Source: Elusimicrobiota bacterium (GTDB lineage: Bacteria; Elusimicrobiota; Elusimicrobia; Elusimicrobiales; UBA9959). Taken from it: a DNA stretch of 64,000 nucleotides. The notes under the pieces were generated by a model. That model saw only the letters and a list, made by a program, of their open reading frames with translations. It did not search any database and was not told the origin of the DNA. The stretch lies in NCBI GenBank assembly GCA_036574205.1, contig JAINCQ010000012.1, forward strand, positions 11,434-75,433, written 5' to 3'. Made by a program: the position numbers and the translations under genes. This document shows positions 61,328-64,000 of this stretch, in pieces; within the stretch, counting starts at the first letter, position 1, and each line of letters starts with the position of its first letter.

Positions 61328-62935
61328 CTAAGGAAGGGAAAAGGTTGAAAAAGCGCGCCAATCTATATTCGGAAATATATTATCTTTTGACTCAACATCG
61401 CTTAAAAAAGACTCATCTATATTGTTTTTATTTAGCATCTCCCATAATCTGGTAAATCTTTGTATATGAGTCACAAACCTTCTTGTAGCATAAGTCTTAG
61501 CAGTTCCAACAGTCATTAAAAATGGCCAGTCAGAACTCTGGGCTAAAACTATTTCTCTGGCGCATTGCTTTAAAATTCTATTTATTTTATTATCATTATT
61601 TGAGTAAAACCTGTTTGCAATATCAATCATTCTTTCAGTTGCTTTATGAAGATGCCTGTATATCCAGTCATTTGAACCATTTAACCATACCTCATGATAT
61701 CCCTTATCCCCCCAGCTGGACATAGAAGGTTGAACAATTTGATTATCTGGATAGATAGAAAGATATTCCATTGGAGTTATCAATTTAATAGTCTTTTGAT
61801 CATAATGAATTTTCTTAAATAAATACTCTAAAAACATAGGGCCTTCATACCACCAATGACCAAATAATTCTGCATCATACATTGAAACTACTATTGGTTT
61901 TCTTCCAAGAAAACTATTGAGATATTCAACCTGTCTTTCCCTGTTAAACATAAAATTTCCAGCATGAATTGCAGCAATTTCCCTTGCATCATCAGGATCA
62001 TATGGTTGTTTTTCACTCAAAGCAACTTTTCCAGTAATTTTATAATATTTTATCCCGATATTTCTTCTCACCCCATCTGAATGAAGATATGGCCTTATAT
62101 AATCATAATCTAAATCATATCCTACATCCCTGTAAAACTCCCTGTATCTGTAATCGCCAGGATATCCCATCTCAGCGCTCCAGACCTGATGAGCACTTTC
62201 CATATCTCTTGCAAATGCCGCAACCCCACTTGGACAATACACAGGAGCATAAACTCCAAATCTTGGTCTTGGGGTCCCATAAAGTATTCCATGGGTTTCT
62301 AAAAAGAAAAATCTTATTCCATATTCTTTTAAGAAATAATCATCTCCAGGGTTATAAGCGCATTCTGCAAGCCATATTCCTTTCGGCATCCTCCCAAATT
62401 TTTCCATATAATCGTCAGTTGCAATTTTAAGCTGAGCATTAACCGCTTCCTTTCTTAATTGAAGAGGCAAATATCCATGGGTGGCGCAACAGGTTATTAT
62501 TTCAATCTTACCCATTTCTTGAAACTTTTTAAAACCGGATAAAACATTTTTATGATAATAGTCATAATATAACTGCCTTATTCTCTTAAACTTGCTTTCA
62601 TACATTAAAGCAGCTTTATAAAATGGAGTGTTTTTAGTTCGTATTATTTCTTTCTCTATTAGCTCTATTCTGCTATTAAGATAATATTCAAATCTAAAGT
62701 TAAGCAAGGGATCAGCCATCATATTACAAAGTGGCGGTGTCAAAGACATTGTAACCTTGAAATCCACCCCTTCCTCGCTTAACCTTTCATAAACATCAAG
62801 CAAAGGGATATATGTCTCAGACATTGCTTCAAAAAACCAGTCTTCTTCCAGAAAATCGGGATATTCGGGATGTCTAACAAATGGAAGGTGGTCGTGAAGG
62901 ACAAGGCAGAAATAACCTAACTCATTATTCGTCAT
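61328..62935 (-). CDS. GH57 1,4-alpha-glucan branching enzyme (DUF1957)
   Basis: LHDHLPFVRHP, LEEDWFFEA, ATHGYLPL, GIWLAECAY, YDAELFGHWWYEG, LAQSSDWPF, DNIFP. Confidence 0.92.
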   Translation of the reverse strand: MTNNELGYFCLVLHDHLPFVRHPEYPDFLEEDWFFEAMSETYIPLLDVYERLSEEGVDFKVTMSLTPPLCNMMADPLLNFRFEYYLNSRIELIEKEIIRTKNTPFYKAALMYESKFKRIRQLYYDYYHKNVLSGFKKFQEMGKIEIITCCATHGYLPLQLRKEAVNAQLKIATDDYMEKFGRMPKGIWLAECAYNPGDDYFLKEYGIRFFFLETHGILYGTPRPRFGVYAPVYCPSGVAAFARDMESAHQVWSAEMGYPGDYRYREFYRDVGYDLDYDYIRPYLHSDGVRRNIGIKYYKITGKVALSEKQPYDPDDAREIAAIHAGNFMFNRERQVEYLNSFLGRKPIVVSMYDAELFGHWWYEGPMFLEYLFKKIHYDQKTIKLITPMEYLSIYPDNQIVQPSMSSWGDKGYHEVWLNGSNDWIYRHLHKATERMIDIANRFYSNNDNKINRILKQCAREIVLAQSSDWPFLMTVGTAKTYATRRFVTHIQRFTRLWEMLNKNNIDESFLSDVESKDNIFPNIDWRAFSTFSLP

Positions 62936-63791
62936 TTTTTTCTGTCTCTCTTTTTACTCTTATGGTTATCCCCCTTTTCATATCTCCGTCTTTTGAAACA
63001 GCTTTTATCGGTATATTTGTTTGTCCATTTGGCAAAGCAAATCTTGTGGCAAAAGTTCCATCAGGATTTAACTTTATTTCCCTATCCCCTATGTAAAGTT
63101 TAGAATCTGGTTGAGTTGCTCCATAAACCACAAGTTCACAATCAGCAACAAGCCAGAAATTTTTTGACATCTCAGATTTCTGTTTATGAAGATATTGAGA
63201 TGAAAAAGACGAAATACCAAAGGATGTAACCCGTGAAAAAACTGAACGAAGCATCTCCCATCTCTGCGCTAAAGATTTTGCTATATCAAGCGAGCCTTTA
63301 CCTATATATTCCACACCAGATATCTGGAGAAGTTTTTCAAATTCATGATTTACACTCATCCATTTTTCATCTATGACATCAGAAACCCCTACCCTTGGCA
63401 AGGAAACCTTGTTAGTTTTAACCATTCCTATAAATCTTCCCTGTGGTGTTAAAATCCCTATTTCACAAAGATAGGTTTTTCCGCATTCGCTTACATTGAT
63501 ATACCAGTTTTTTGCTTCTATTATAACCGGTATATCAAAATACTTTCCCAGCTTATCGCCATCAAGAACCTCATAAACTCTTATAACGCTCTTTGATTTC
63601 TCAAAGATATCTTTTCCAATCTGTGAAATAACATCATTTTTAGTTTTTTCACATATCTCCCAATAAACAAACATCCAGTATGGATCTCTTGGCAACAACG
63701 CTGCCTCGGTACTTCCATAACCCTCAGGCAATGATTTAGAAGTATAATCCGGCTCCTGGTCCGGTCCTATTTTCCCAGAACTTTGACTCAT
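62925..63791 (-). CDS. DUF4912 domain protein
   Basis: LPEGYG...LLPRDPYWMFVYWEI, NWYIN, FWLVADCELVVYGAT, DGTF. Typical upstream partner of GH57 branching enzymes. Confidence 0.85.
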   Translation of the reverse strand: MSQSSGKIGPDQEPDYTSKSLPEGYGSTEAALLPRDPYWMFVYWEICEKTKNDVISQIGKDIFEKSKSVIRVYEVLDGDKLGKYFDIPVIIEAKNWYINVSECGKTYLCEIGILTPQGRFIGMVKTNKVSLPRVGVSDVIDEKWMSVNHEFEKLLQISGVEYIGKGSLDIAKSLAQRWEMLRSVFSRVTSFGISSFSSQYLHKQKSEMSKNFWLVADCELVVYGATQPDSKLYIGDREIKLNPDGTFATRFALPNGQTNIPIKAVSKDGDMKRGITIRVKRETEKNDE

Positions 63792-63889
63792 TTTCCCTCT
63801 CCTTTAGGAAGGCACAAAAGCCCCCTAACATACATTGAATATATAATAACATTTTTTTGAGAAATAAATCAAGAAAACGAATCAAATCA

Positions 63890-63982
63890 TGTAAAATGTA
63901 ACCATAAGGCTAAATGTCAACTCATTTAAAATGTAACTGAAATTTATATAATGTAACCCTCAATAAAGGAGGGTTGCATTAT
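63890..63982 (+). repeat. AATGT(A/CA)AC repeat array plus hairpin over an RBS; possible IS left end or operator array
   Basis: Copies at 63895, 63913, 63930 and 63950, with an inverted copy at 63973. 14-bp stem 63948-63961/63969-63982. Confidence 0.6.
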
Positions 63983-64000
63983 GAAGTTGAGGTTCAAAAT
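63981..64000 (+). CDS. Start of a CDS running off the window (MKLRFK...)
   Basis: AAGGAGG at 63966-63972, 8 nt before ATG 63981. Only 20 nt visible. Confidence 0.5.

Noticed and set aside
605..63096. The many 60-130 aa ORFs nested in or antisense to long genes
   Set aside because: Shadow ORFs with no motifs or SD sites, lying wholly or mostly within well-supported CDS.
1..64000. tRNA, rRNA, prophage, integrase or defence systems
   Set aside because: No T-loop/cloverleaf, rRNA-like stretch, or phage, integrase or nuclease motifs were seen by eye. tRNAscan, Infernal and DefenseFinder were not run.

Overview
A strongly AT-rich, gene-dense chromosomal segment from a diderm bacterium. It encodes lipoproteins, beta-barrels and a Wzx-type surface-polysaccharide locus. 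The gene set is reminiscent of Elusimicrobiota, but this is an unverified impression. There are about 55 CDS and no rRNA, tRNA or CRISPR array was seen. Main blocks in order: transketolase/PPC/Era; an LPP20-FlgT-FecR lipoprotein operon divergent from a GldA/F/G-like ABC + DUF4340 operon; an M1-M28-PDZ peptidase fusion; a HEAT repeat + M4 metalloprotease (FlgD/T9SS-like C-terminal domain) + PorV-like barrel operon; peptide, nucleoside and cell-wall salvage genes; a GT2-methyltransferase fusion with twin GT-C transferases converging on a 12-gene polysaccharide cluster that holds an HpnJ-like radical SAM enzyme; housekeeping genes; and two GH57 genes flanking a frameshifted orphan motB and a repeat-rich intergenic block. 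The best candidates for new biology are the T9SS-like cargo/shuttle operon and the radical SAM/cupin/reductase sugar-tailoring module. Notable non-coding signals are a recurring -10/N6/ATG leaderless-gene signature, a permuted REP-like purine/pyrimidine element found twice with a shared 15-mer, and an IS-end-like repeat array with an RBS-occluding hairpin at the right edge. All family calls come from motif recognition by eye; no searches were run.
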